Source: Girardia tigrina (Eukaryota). From it: a stretch of 52,958 nt of DNA. This document shows positions 1 to 11,716 of this stretch, one piece after another. A model generated the notes under the pieces. The model was not told the origin of the DNA, made no database searches, and saw only the letters and a list, made by a program, of their open reading frames with translations. The stretch lies in contig MQRK01227105.1 of NCBI GenBank assembly GCA_001938485.1, forward strand, positions 10,077 through 63,034, read 5' to 3'. Within the stretch, counting starts at the first letter, position 1, and each line of letters starts with the position of its first letter. A program made the position numbers and the translations under genes.

Positions 1-114
1 TATGTACGTGTTAATATATGTAAAATTTTAAATTGTAATAAATGTTATTTTTCTGTTGTACATTCATTTTTTGAACTTTATGTCATTTTGTTCTCAAATA
101 GCTGCCGCACCCTG
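1..114 (+). mobile_element. 3' end and TIR of a Tc1/mariner-superfamily (maT-like) transposon, same family as 9391-10553
   Basis: Near-exact reverse complement of 9391-~9504; ends ...GTTCTCAAATAGCTGCCGCACCCTG followed by TA. Confidence 0.9.
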
Positions 115-149
115 TATGTGTACTCGATTTCATAACTATTGAGAGAAGG

Positions 150-320
150 TCGCCTGTAATACACTACATCAGATCTTTAGATCCTAAGATGAATGTTCAA
201 AGGAGACTCTCTACAACTCTATTGAGCATGCTTACTTATATGAGCAGATTTAAAATTCATTTTTGTTGAGACTTAATGATGACGGTTATTCCGTCGAAAT
301 TAATTGTCCTGAAGAATGAA
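150..320 (+). mobile_element. Penelope-like element 3' remnant (end of GIY-YIG ORF plus ribozyme-like motif)
   Basis: One frame reads HYIRSLDPKMNVQ, like the PLE endonuclease C-terminus (IxxxxPxLNxQ); a minimal hammerhead-like motif follows. Confidence 0.5.
256..320 (+). ncRNA. Degenerate minimal type I hammerhead ribozyme
   Basis: GAC-UUAAUGAU-[GACGG uuauu CCGUC]-GAAA-UUAAUU-GUC; stem I GAC/GUC is extended by UUCAUUUUU/AAGAAUGAA; core deviates from CUGAUGA. Confidence 0.5.
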
Positions 321-1501
321 AATTCCAAATATTCCTCACAATTATAATTATTATAAGTAAATATAATAGAATTAATTCACAATTCTCAACTAAGATCAAT
401 ACGGAAAAAATTCACTTATTATTCATTTATGAAAATACAACTTCTTAACCGTTTTCTGTACCGCCAATCGGAACTTTCCTCACCTTATTTATCGGATCCT
501 AACACATGATATTATCTTATAAATACGACCAGTACAAATCTGACCTGCCAATTGGCGAGCTCTGGTTTGTGTTTCAATTGTGCCGCGATTTCCTGATAGT
601 TGCACTCACTCGCTGCTAACCAGAATTTTATATCTCTCTCATTGATCTTTAACATTTCCAACAAATAACGATTAATCATTCAATTATTTCTACCGGTTGT
701 TCGATACTTTTCTGTGAATCAGTTTTGTTCATTAAATCAATGTAATTTGATGAAAAAGAAAGGAAAATAAAATTGCAAATATTTTTTTAATAAATATTCA
801 AAATGTTGACATGTTGTAATTGACACATTTTACTTTAATTAAACAAATGAATTATCGACAAAATATTTAAATCTTGAATTTTTATTATTATTTGTTGTGT
901 AATATTTGATTCACTGTCAAAAAAAATAATTGATGAAGAATAAAAATATATTATTCTAAATAGAAGCTGAAAATAAAAATTTTTAATTACATTTAATCTG
1001 ATCTATATTTAGCTTTTATTGAATCTAACCTAAAACATGAAGTTTTATTTGTTCAAGTATGATAAAAGTAAGTAGTTTAAAGCATTTAATCAAATTCTTT
1101 ATTAAATATTTCTTGACGCTGAAATTTTTTTGAGATAAATATAGTTTATTAACTATATACTTGAATTAATTTTAATCGGTTAAATTTTAAAGTTAAATGA
1201 GTTTTTCAGTATGTAGTTAAGAAATATTGACCAAATTCTTCATTATCCAACGTTTCCTAAAAGCATTTCAAAGAATTTTTGTTAACATAAATCTCAAAAA
1301 TCTGTTCCTAATTGTTGACACGATATTTTGACTAATCAAAATGACAAAATGCTATGTTCCATTATATCGTTTTTCACCTAATGCTGTGGTTAAAAATGAC
1401 AATTTTCTAATTAATGTAAGAATCACTAATTTAAAAATGTTAATTGACGCAAAAAACTGACACTTTAAGTTTTATCTCTTGAATGGAATTGTCATGTAAT
1501 G

Positions 1502-4500
1502 TGTCACGACCCATTTGTTCGTAGCAATTTTGAACGCTCAGAGCCCCCAGTGACTATTAAGGGTCAGTCACAACCCAGTCTTAATTTATTCTCCAACTAT
1601 GACTATATATATTACTTATACATTATAGGGTCGGACGCCTCTTCTCGCTCGACATCTGCCTGGCAGTGCCGAGTCTGAAGGGCCTGCGGGTTCGGATAAA
1701 GATGGGATGGGCTATGGGCCCTCCACCTAGCGGATTGTCGTTCGGGGATGATTTTTCTTTTCTAACTATAATTCGATGCCTTAACTTCTATGATGAATAA
1801 CTCGCAATTATCAGTATCGGAACTAAATTATCAGAATCGTCACAACAGTCTTATAAAAGTCGGAAATAAGTCAAAACAAATTTGTCAGTGACGTTACCAA
1901 ATCATTACTACTCGAGATAGTAGCGCACTATGAAACCGAAAATTAGAATAGCTTTCGCCCTCACATGAATTCAACTTATAGATCAGTAAATAACATGGGT
2001 TAAAATTCCTACAACGATCCGATAGTTACTTTATTTGTCAACTCGATTCCTAAAATACTCAGCAAGCAAAATTTTATTAAATAAATTCGGATTACGTTCA
2101 TTTATCTATCAAGATTGTTTACCTCTAATTTAGTTATGGATCTATAATAAATTCATTTTCCCCTTAACTCGTAAAATATTTTAAATCGTAAGTGCGATCG
2201 TTCATAGTTTTTATTGTTTATCGACACCATCAAGTGAACGGTCAACAGCAGCTTTAAATAAATCTATCCTACAATTATTCGATGGACGCGCTTATAAATC
2301 GCTCAACCCGTAAATTTTCTATAGCTCGGTTTTACTATACACTTATATTGTCGAATTACTCGAGAAAATCAGACTTTAATAAGATTCTCACCTCCTATTT
2401 TATTTTACCGGTTTCTTTTAAAAACAATCCCACAAGGCAAACCACTTAAGATAGATTTATTACTAATATTCATTTAATTCAACCCTTAAAATTAGTCGTC
2501 AAATTGGATTAACTAATTACCTAAATTCGTATCTCGTTCGGTTGCAAAATTCACCTAAAATATATTTGCTGACGAGATAAATTAAATCAACTCTCATTTT
2601 AGATCGTAATACGCTAGAAAATTCAAATATTGGATCGTAATTTCTTAAAATTCGGTTAAGCTAAAATGTTGCTCATTAATATAATTACTAACACATAAAT
2701 TCGACCAACATAAGTTAATTAGATATATACATTTTAAAACTAAAATAACTAAAATACAATTATGAATCTTTTATCGGCGCAATAAAATTCGATATCATTC
2801 GTTTAAAACTCGGTTGCTGCAGTTATTTGTTTTAAATACTCAACTTATATCACAGCTTTAGGCACATTTTCAATTCTCAAGGAAATTTTGATCCGAAGAC
2901 TTGTTAACTCATTTTTTAAGAAAATAACCGCATAAATAGAATAGGTAATTCCTTTAGTGAATTTTATGACATGAAATTTATTGGTAACTTCTTATTAACC
3001 TTCTAATTTTAAGACATAAACGAAAACCATGTTCCTAATCACTACATAAATCGCTTAACATTCCTAACCCACTTTACTAATTATCAACGAAACTTCACAT
3101 ATTAACTATTTATAGGTCAGAAAAATAAAAACGATAAAAGGCAATTAACAAATTAACTAATATTATGGGGAAAAACTATATTTAAGGTTCAAATATTTCC
3201 CAAGTGACTCCACCACTATTGTCTTAAAAATCAGATCTATCGATAGTTAATCACTAAATTAAAAAAAATAGAAAAGAATTTATCAACAGATTATTATCGC
3301 AATCATAATCAACACTAAATTAGCAGTAACAATTAGTAAAATTTCTTTAAAATAACAATGTCATGCCTAGAATAAGAATTAGATTTCCGGTACTAACGTC
3401 AACACATGTCTATAAAAATTGAAGTTACTGATAACAACAAAATCATATTTATAAGAACTGAAATTAATAGAAAAACTTCAAAGAAAAAGTGAAAACTCTA
3501 CGTCAAATTCACGCCAAAATATATTTATTTAAGTAGTATAAGTGACTCTCGATCGAACTCAAATTCGAGTTTGGGTTGGAGCTCGCGGTTACCTCGCTCG
3601 GTATGGGCGAACCTGCGAACCTACGAAGTCGAGGAAGGATTCAATGCAGCGCCCCCCAAGAAACGCTTCCATCGAAATCGAAAATACGTTGATAATTACC
3701 GGTACTGGGTGATCTTCTATGCGCTCTATCGGAGTACTCAAACGCATGATACCTCGGGGCATCCCACTGAGGAACGGTGACGGCGGCGACGGGGCTGAAC
3801 CTACTCTGGTACGGAAGGGGAGTGCTTATTACATAAACGGCTCATTAAAACTTCTTAAGTAACTATGATAATAAAATAATAAAAAGATAAATAAAATAAA
3901 TCGTAATAATGTTAACCAAAACGTTTATTAATCGATAAAGACTAGTAGTCGCAATTAACTGGCATAATAAATCAAAATTTACAATTAAATCGAGATTCCG
4001 GTTGAATGTTTCGGTCGTCAGATACTTTTCTCGTCGGTTATTACTCGGATCAATGTGTTCGGTATCGCTCGTCCTGTATTTCTCCTAGTCGGGGTTTCTC
4101 TCTTTCTTCGTAGTTGTCTTCGCGTCGAGTCCTGGTCACACGTTCCGTATATTTCTTTAACTTGGTCGAAGTTGTGAGATTTTGTAAAATCGTGAGGAAT
4201 TGTGCAAGTAAATTTACAAAAGTCGTAAAAAAAATTGTGCAAATAATTGTGAGTGAGTATCGTATTTATAACACTCATCATTTCATTTGTCGGGGTGTCT
4301 TTTCCTCGTGGCCGTTTCTGGTTGGCCAGGTTGGTTATTTTCGAACCCTGATTTGTCGAGCTGGTTTGTTGTTAGGCCGTGTGTCTGACTCCAGACAGTG
4401 ATTGTTGGTCACAAGGCTCCTTTGTCACCGATGACTATTCACCGTGTAACGCTGTTCTTTATTTGTGAGCCTGACTCACCGTAAGTTTTATTTACTATTC

Positions 4501-5036
4501 TTTGTTCATTAATTGGCCTTTGTCTTTCTTTAATTAATTTACGTATCTTTTCAGGGGTGTAACTCTTCAGGGGAATGCGTCAGAACTTTGCGGATGGCCT
4601 TCAAGGATTCCTCATCCTCGGGGCTACAAGTGGAGGGTCGGTTGACCCCTTAACAACAACGGGTCGTCCAAGAGGTGATTTAATTCATTTTGACCTCTTT
4701 TTAATTAATTATTTTCTTTTTTAATCGATTAACTTCTTTCTCCGCGTTTCCGGGGTTCGGCAGTTCAAATTCGGCGACCTACTATGTTATTTGGTTCTTC
4801 TCATCGGGTATGCTTTCAATTCACTTGTTTGATTTTCCTTATCTATTGTTTTTAGTTGTGATACAATGCTGCCCCCTGACATGGATGATCAAAGACGATC
4901 CTGGGACCCACCTTTTTTATTTATAACGATTAAAATAAATGTATTATTCTCATGGGTCTTCCTTTTTATATTCCTTTTCTTAATGTTTATAATTATATGT
5001 ATTTTATATTATGTATTTGATTTCTCGACCGCAACA
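1502..5036 (+). mobile_element. Long (3535 bp) solo-LTR-like element, copy 1
   Basis: TGTCACGAC...CCGCAACA termini; 4-bp TSD AATG (1498-1501, 5037-5040); colinear homology with 33824-36730; no long ORF. Confidence 0.85.
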
Positions 5037-5129
5037 AATGCATAAATATGTTAGAAGATATAATATAAACACAGAAAAAGTTCTGTCTTATTAAATAATT
5101 TCTTGATAATTTTGTTGCTTTCGTAGGAA

Positions 5130-5560
5130 GTAATGACGTTTTTCATGGAGAGGTTTCAGACAAAGATTTGTGATGGGGCCTTGTTCATTAAGTTATATTT
5201 TCAATGAAGTCATTAAAACAGCTATACTGAAAAGTTTCGTGGGTGGAGTAACCCTCATTGCCGATAGTGATTATTTATTATCATTGATACCTAGATCGAT
5301 CGTACCAGTAAAAATCTTAATATACTGATGAAAACATTTTTCCGAATTCGGTTTGATTATTAGTGCGAATAAAACAAAATTCATGTACCTTACTGACAAT
5401 TTGCATACGGGAGTATGGCTAGTTAAGTGTGGTTACATCGTCATAGAATGGGTGAAGTAATTTTGTTATCTTAGCAGTATATGGATCACAAGTTGTAGCT
5501 GCAACCAAGATATTAGTATAAAGGTAACGCTGCGGAATAGAGTAGCTAAAATAAAGTACA
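5130..5560 (+). mobile_element. Decayed non-LTR (RTE-like) reverse transcriptase fragment
   Basis: Frameshifted pieces GFRQRFVMGP, FSEFGLIISANKTKFMYL, IEWVK*FCYLSSI..SCNQDI match LINE RT motifs GxRQGC, GLxISxxKTK, FxYLGS. Confidence 0.6.
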
Positions 5561-5845
5561 GAATTCTATGAGTACTGTCAGGAGAAGATGGAATATAATT
5601 TTCATAAGATCTAATTAGTACAAAAAACTTCGTAATTTTCTTCTGCATCTTAGTGACAATAAATTTAAAATAACTCCCAAAACCACGATATTAAAAGAAA
5701 TATTTAATGTAATTTAATTTCATGTTTTTCTAAATTAATTCGTTTTTTGTTAATTATAACCGAATTTGTTTTAATTATTTAATTTTAATTAGTTAACGAT
5801 TGGAAATTATTTTTGGGAAAGACAACATGAACATACTCAGCATCA

Positions 5846-6150
5846 TGTTGAGGTATAAAATAAAAAAATATTTTAAAGTAGAGTTTGTTTTAATTAATAG
5901 ATATAATAAGATATTATTTATCTATTTATCATAATAAATATAATAAGATATTATTTATTTATTTATCATAATAAATATAAGTCACGTGTAAACGTGTAAA
6001 ATAAAAAAAATTAAATTATTTCGAAGGAAGAGTATAAAAAGAAAATGATTTTACAAGAAAAAGAGAGCCCTTAATTATATCATATATGAAAAGAGGTTGA
6101 GAAGAAAGTTATAAAAGAACAAGAAAAACCGAATTATTATTATATAAGAA
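5846..6150 (+). mobile_element. Partial short LTR (TGTTGAGGT... family), right boundary uncertain
   Basis: Starts TGTTGAGGTA; resembles the reverse complement of 41650-41950; TATA-like AGTATAAAAA; no matching TSD found. Confidence 0.5.
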
Positions 6151-6272
6151 GAAAATTTTTAATTATTAATAAAATTGGCATTTAAAAGAAGGAAAATGAA
6201 TTTAATCTAAAGAAAAAATCAAGATTGCCAATAGACAATTCAAATCGAGGATCTACTGTATACAAGCAATTG

Positions 6273-7058
6273 TTAATTTAAACGAATAGTCAGTAGAAGT
6301 AAATTATAACCAACAATACGGAGTGTTGTTGCATTTTTGTGTAATTCGATTGTGCATTTCGTTTCGAAATTTTCTTTGAATAAATCATAATTTTCCGGTT
6401 CGAAAATCGCCTCCATCTTTAAATCGTGCTGTTGCGGTACCTCTGAAAAAATATTTTCACAATAACACAATAATTCTCGTTTGATTGATTTAATTTGTTT
6501 ATGTTTCGCAATTATGTTGACAGATAAAAGAGCGACATCGATCGGAACATTCAATTTCTTTATTAATATTCGAATAACGTCGAGAGATTGTTGTTTTGTG
6601 GATTTTTCGGTTTCAAATTGATGTGACAATCGTGAATCATTTTCTTTATCACACCCGGTGGAAAGCATAGTTTTGTACTCGGATTCAACGTTTTACTAGT
6701 CAGAATTTTTGCGACATCTTTAATTAAATTATCCATCACAAATTGTCTCTTTTTCTCCTTCAATTCGAACTCTCCTTTCTCCAATATAATTTTACAAATC
6801 TCCAAAATATTCGTCGTTTGAAAAGCGTCTTTCGAATTGTCTTTGCTCGCGATTTCCGCTTTCGACACATTCGTGTAAATCAGTTCATTTTGCAGAGTTT
6901 GGATTTGAAATTCAAGTTTTTGTCGCCAAGTGATCACTATATTCGGAAAATACGCTATTTCAAATCAACGACGTTTTCTATCGGTTTTTTATGATTAATA
7001 TCACATCTGAAACATTTGTCAATCGCTTTTGATTTGTCAAAGAAAATAATGACATCAT
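6273..7058 (-). pseudogene. SBDS: Intronless, frameshifted SBDS/Sdo1 ribosome maturation factor pseudogene
   Basis: MMSLFSLTNQKRLTNV, FEIAYFPN..W, IYTNVSK, AFQTTNILEICKIILEKGE, LNPSTK, KSTKQQSLDVIR follow the SBDS motif order; in-frame stops and at least two frameshifts. Confidence 0.9.
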
Positions 7059-8394
7059 AAAATTCTAATTTCAATTACTAATTGTATTCCAAAATTAAAA
7101 ACTCGAAATTCAATCACAACTGTTTATTCTTAATCGACATTCAATCTTTTATAATTTACAATCATATTATTTAAACAAATTACATTTTTCGAATTTTCCA
7201 GATACCAACATTAATTACAATTTAAAACTTTTTTTAACAAAAAATTACAATAAATTTTATAAATATATATAAAAAATTTTTTCTACTTTTAATAAAAAAT
7301 TATATATGTATATATATATATATACAATAACCAATTAAACTTTGAAATCTTCCCCTTTTATATTAAGGCAATATTATATAATATTATATAATATGCCCCG
7401 GGGTCAGTTGATGCAATTGAAATTTTCATTGCAATTGCACATTCCGGTGATGTCATGACATATGAAATCACCGGAATTTAAACTCATGAGATTTGACATC
7501 ATTGGAGTTCAATATTACTGAATGTGGTGAGGAATGACATCACCACAGATGACTTAGCAAAATATAAAGACCGCTTAAATTTTGAGAGGGGTCCTTGACG
7601 ACAAATAGGAATTCAAACCCCTATCAAAAGGCACTGTAACCAAAAAATAAAATAATTCTTTTGAAAAAAATGAATATCCATGTGAGGAGTATTTTAAATT
7701 TGATATACTGAATTTTGTATGATGAGTTTAGTATTTGGAAATGTGTTTCTCCCACTTCAGATGGAAAATTGGTATTTTTTATTTTCACGATGAATAGCTT
7801 TTCAAGCATAGCTTTGTTAGGGGTTTTTATGACTTTTAAGTTGTTAAATAATTAATTTGTAATATCATATTTATAATTAAATAATTTCAAATGATTTATT
7901 TATATAATTTTTTTAAAAAAATAACTATTTTGGATTAATAAAAATTGTAATTAAATTTTTAATTCATTACATTTAAAACTTTTTAAAAATAAATATTTCG
8001 GATTAATAATACAAATTGTAAATAAATTTTTAATTTATTGGACAAGACGTTTTTAGAAATAAATAGTTCGGAATAACAACACTGTAAATAAAATTAAGTT
8101 TTAAAATAAAAAATCATGTTTTTTTTATAATTAATTATAAACCAAAATTTGTATTAAAAATAATTAAGTGAATGTTTTAAAAATTAACGAAGAATAAAAA
8201 ATATTTAGGAATTTAATTTTAACAGTAGACATACCATTCAAATATTTTAAAGATCTAAAATTATATTTAAGTTAAATGCTTTATAAATGAACATTATTGA
8301 AATAACATCAAAATAATTTTAAATTAATAAAAATCGTTTTAATTTAACTAAAATACATTTTAAAATGATATAAAATAAAACAGTATTTTCATAA

Positions 8395-10920
8395 AACTGA
8401 AAATATTATCGTGCGATTCAGTGAAATAGTGAAAGAATTAGAATTACGTGATGGTATGGTACAACATTGTCTTCTAAAAAAGCTTCCATCGGATATGTTA
8501 TTGGAATATAAGAAATAGAACTGTTCTCACACTGAAGAGTCAAACTTTAAAAAACTTCACTAGTGGATTTCCAAAGAGACCATGCTGAGGAGAAACACTC
8601 AAGAGACAATGTTCGCAGTTAGTAAATTATTCAAAGGTGGGAATAAAAGGAAGTACATCACTCAGTTGGATTCAGATTGCAATCTTCAGATGAAAAGACA
8701 AAAACTCACAATAGAGGCCCTTTGAGAGAACTAGAAAAGGGACTATCACAATAATGGAATTAATTTCGGAGGAAAGTACGTGCTATGCAAAGAAAGTCAC
8801 AATTTGAAAGAATGTCATGAATTTAATGAGTAAACGAAGGAAGAAAGAGTTAATCTAGTTTAAGACAAAAGATTGTACTTTAACTGCCTTCAATAACGTT
8901 TTCTAGAGTGTATTTTTTAACGTTAAATTTAGGATACAAAGGTCTTATACATATTGCTTCACATGTCACTCTCTCCCAATAAGCACAGAGAAAGAGGAAT
9001 TGTCATGATGAGAAAGGAAAGCGACACAACAGACATAGATTTCGAAACGATAAATGATATAATTTTCTTTGTAGATGTTAGTTTTTTTTCCTTGCATGAT
9101 GTATTTCATGAAATCAATTTCAATAATTGGAGTGTAATTTTAGACATGGATTGATCACCACAAGCATACTTGAAAAAGTATGAAGACTGAAACGAATGAG
9201 AAACAACAAGAATCCATGAAAACACAAAATGCAAGATTGAGCCATCATATTTGTCAAAAGGACGCAGTCACCGAAGAACTCCTATACATTTAACTTATAG
9301 AAGATTGAAACAAAAATGATCTTTGCAGAATAAATAAATGACCAAACCGATCATCTAAACGCGCGCCAATGAACCAGAGATGGGTACATACAGTGTGCGG
9401 CAGCTATTTGAGAACAAAATGACATAAAGTTCAAAAAATGAATATACAACAGAAAAATAACATTTATTACAATTTAAAATTTTACATATATTAACACGTA
9501 CATAAANNNNNNNNNNNNNNNNNNNNNNNNNNNNNNNNNNNNNNNNNNNNNNNNNNNNNNNNNNNNNNNNNNNNNNNNNNNNNNNNNNNNNNNNNNNNNN
9601 NNNNNNNNNNNNNNNNNNNNNNNNNNNNNNNNNNNNNNNNNNNNNNNNNNNNNNNNNNNNNNNNNNNNNNNNNNNNNNNNNNNNNNNNNNNNNNNNNNNN
9701 NNNNNNNNNNNNNNNNNNNNNNNNNNNNNNNNNNNNNNNNNNNNNNNNNNNNNNNNNNNNNNNNNNNNNNNNNNNNNNNNNNNNNNNNNNNNNNNNNNNN
9801 NNNNNNNNNNNNNNNNNNNNNNNNNNNNNNNNNNNNNNNNNNNNNNNNNNNNNNNNNNNNNNNNNNNNNNNNNNNNNNNNNNNNNNNNNNNNNNNNNNNN
9901 NNNNNNNNNNNNNNNNNNNNNNNNNNNNNNNNNNNNNNNNNNNNNNNNNNNNNNNNNNNNNNNNNNNNNNNNNNNNNNNNNNNNNNNNNNNNNNNNNNNN
10001 NNNNNNNNNNNNNNNNNNNNNNNNNNNNNNNNNNNNNNNNNNNNNNNNNNNNNNNNNNNNNNNNNNNNNNNNNNNNNNNNNNNNNNNNNNNNNNNNNNNN
10101 NNNNNNNNNNNNNNNNNNNNNNNNNNNNNNNNNNNNNNNNNNNNNNNNNNNNNNNNNNNNNNNTCAACCTGCAGTTCCCTGCCCAGTGACCTCATCGACT
10201 TCCCAGGGTTCTCATCGATGACAGATTGGACTCGGCTTACAAATTCTGCATTTCTGATACTGTCCGAACGTCTACAAACTTGGTTCCGTTGCGAAGTTTC
10301 AGCCCCATCACCCTTCGCAGCTCCTAATTCTGTACGAACTTTAAAAACAAACGACCGGGCGACTTTCAAAAAATGTAGCAATTTCTGAATCGGTGTGTCC
10401 TGCAGCTAATGACACAATAACTGCATGCCTTTTCATTTCATTCGTAAGAGTAGCTTCTGCCATGTCTACCAGCAAAAATAAAATTATGTAATTATAACAC
10501 ACAAAAAGATATGGTGTCTATATTACGTGTTCTCAAATAGCTGCCGCACCCTGTAACTATCTTGAGAAGCTAAAAAGCTTTATAAAGATAAATGGGTGAA
10601 GAGTCGAGTTTGTGAGAATCAGAATCAACTCGAAATGTTAAATCTGTGAAGCATCATTTGATAGAAACAAGAGCAAGTCACCAGATTAAGAAGATTTTCT
10701 TTGATGTCAACAAAGGAAAATTTAAAGAGCTAATAACCGATTTCAGAGTTAGCTAAAACTTTCTGTCAAAAGAAAATATATTACAAGTGTTATCAAATGA
10801 GATTACAAATAAGAATCTTGCCGTTCACTTTAATAATTGCTTTACAGCCTCAACACATCTGGAAAAAAGAAACGACTCCAAGTGTCGACCAATGTGACTT
10901 TTGATTATCAGCCTAAAACT
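8395..10920 (+). mobile_element. Heavily decayed BEL/Pao LTR retrotransposon fragments, interrupted by a mariner-type element
   Basis: LLKKLPSDMLLEY gag segment, LCKESHNLKECHEF..EERVNLV..KRLYFNCL zinc-knuckle region, and pol-like fragments on both sides of 9391-10553. Confidence 0.6.
9391..10553 (-). mobile_element. Tc1/mariner-superfamily (maT/DD37D-like) transposon spanning an N-gap
   Basis: ~26-bp TIRs CAG(T/G)GTGCGGCAGCTATTTGAGAACA, TA on both sides; transposase N-terminus from 10463 (MAEATLTNEMKRHAVIVSL.., IDENPGKSMRSLGRELQV) with a frameshift. Confidence 0.85.
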
Positions 10921-11716
10921 TGAAACGACTCTAAATCATTCTAAAGACTTTGACAGCCATAGGTTCCAATGAAATAATCACAGACATTTACAAATATGAG
11001 GAAATATTATATATAATTAATTAATTGATAGTGTAAAAATATTAGAATAATGAATAAATAAAACTATTATTATTAATCAATAAAATTCAACAAAAATAAA
11101 AATAAATAACATTTCATTCATATAAGCTTCTATAATATCATTATATTACCTTTCTGAAGGTGATCAAACATTTTGATCTTAACATTTTTAAGTAATTTTT
11201 TAAAATGTGCTCTATAAATTAATAAATATATAATCTAAGTATATTTAAAAAAAACTATTGATTTAACCTTTACATGTGCTATGAAATTAAGAAATGTTAG
11301 GAAAATTTTTGAAATAAGGTTAAATTAAATTTATACAAATTAAAATTTAGATATATTTAAAAACGCAAAGTTTGTAAAAGACATTTTAAAAATTAATAGA
11401 TGTAATTCAACTGTTAAGAATTAAGAAATTTTTGAGATAGTTTAAAATAAAATAAACAAATGTAAATATAGAAAATTTTTTAATGTGTAATGATTTTTAA
11501 AAATTAATAAAATTAAACGAAACGAATAAATATTTTAAAATGTTATCGTAATGTAAAATTGATAAAATTTATTAATTACAAAATTTATAAAATTAAAATA
11601 AAATCAAATATTAGTATTATAAGTATTTTTATTTATACCGGTTTGAGATTTATAAAACTATTTGTTTCTCAAAAAAAAGTTTGTTTAGATATTAGTTTAA
11701 AATATTTTTTGTATTA

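Noticed and set aside
2569-2580. Other CTGANGA hits (about 2569, 3767, 5326, 18591, 37499) as hammerheads
   Set aside because: None is followed by stem II and GAAA.
9355-10381. Long ORFs made of X residues (also 16552-17133)
   Set aside because: Artefacts of translating N-gaps; only the transposase part of 10164-10381 is real.
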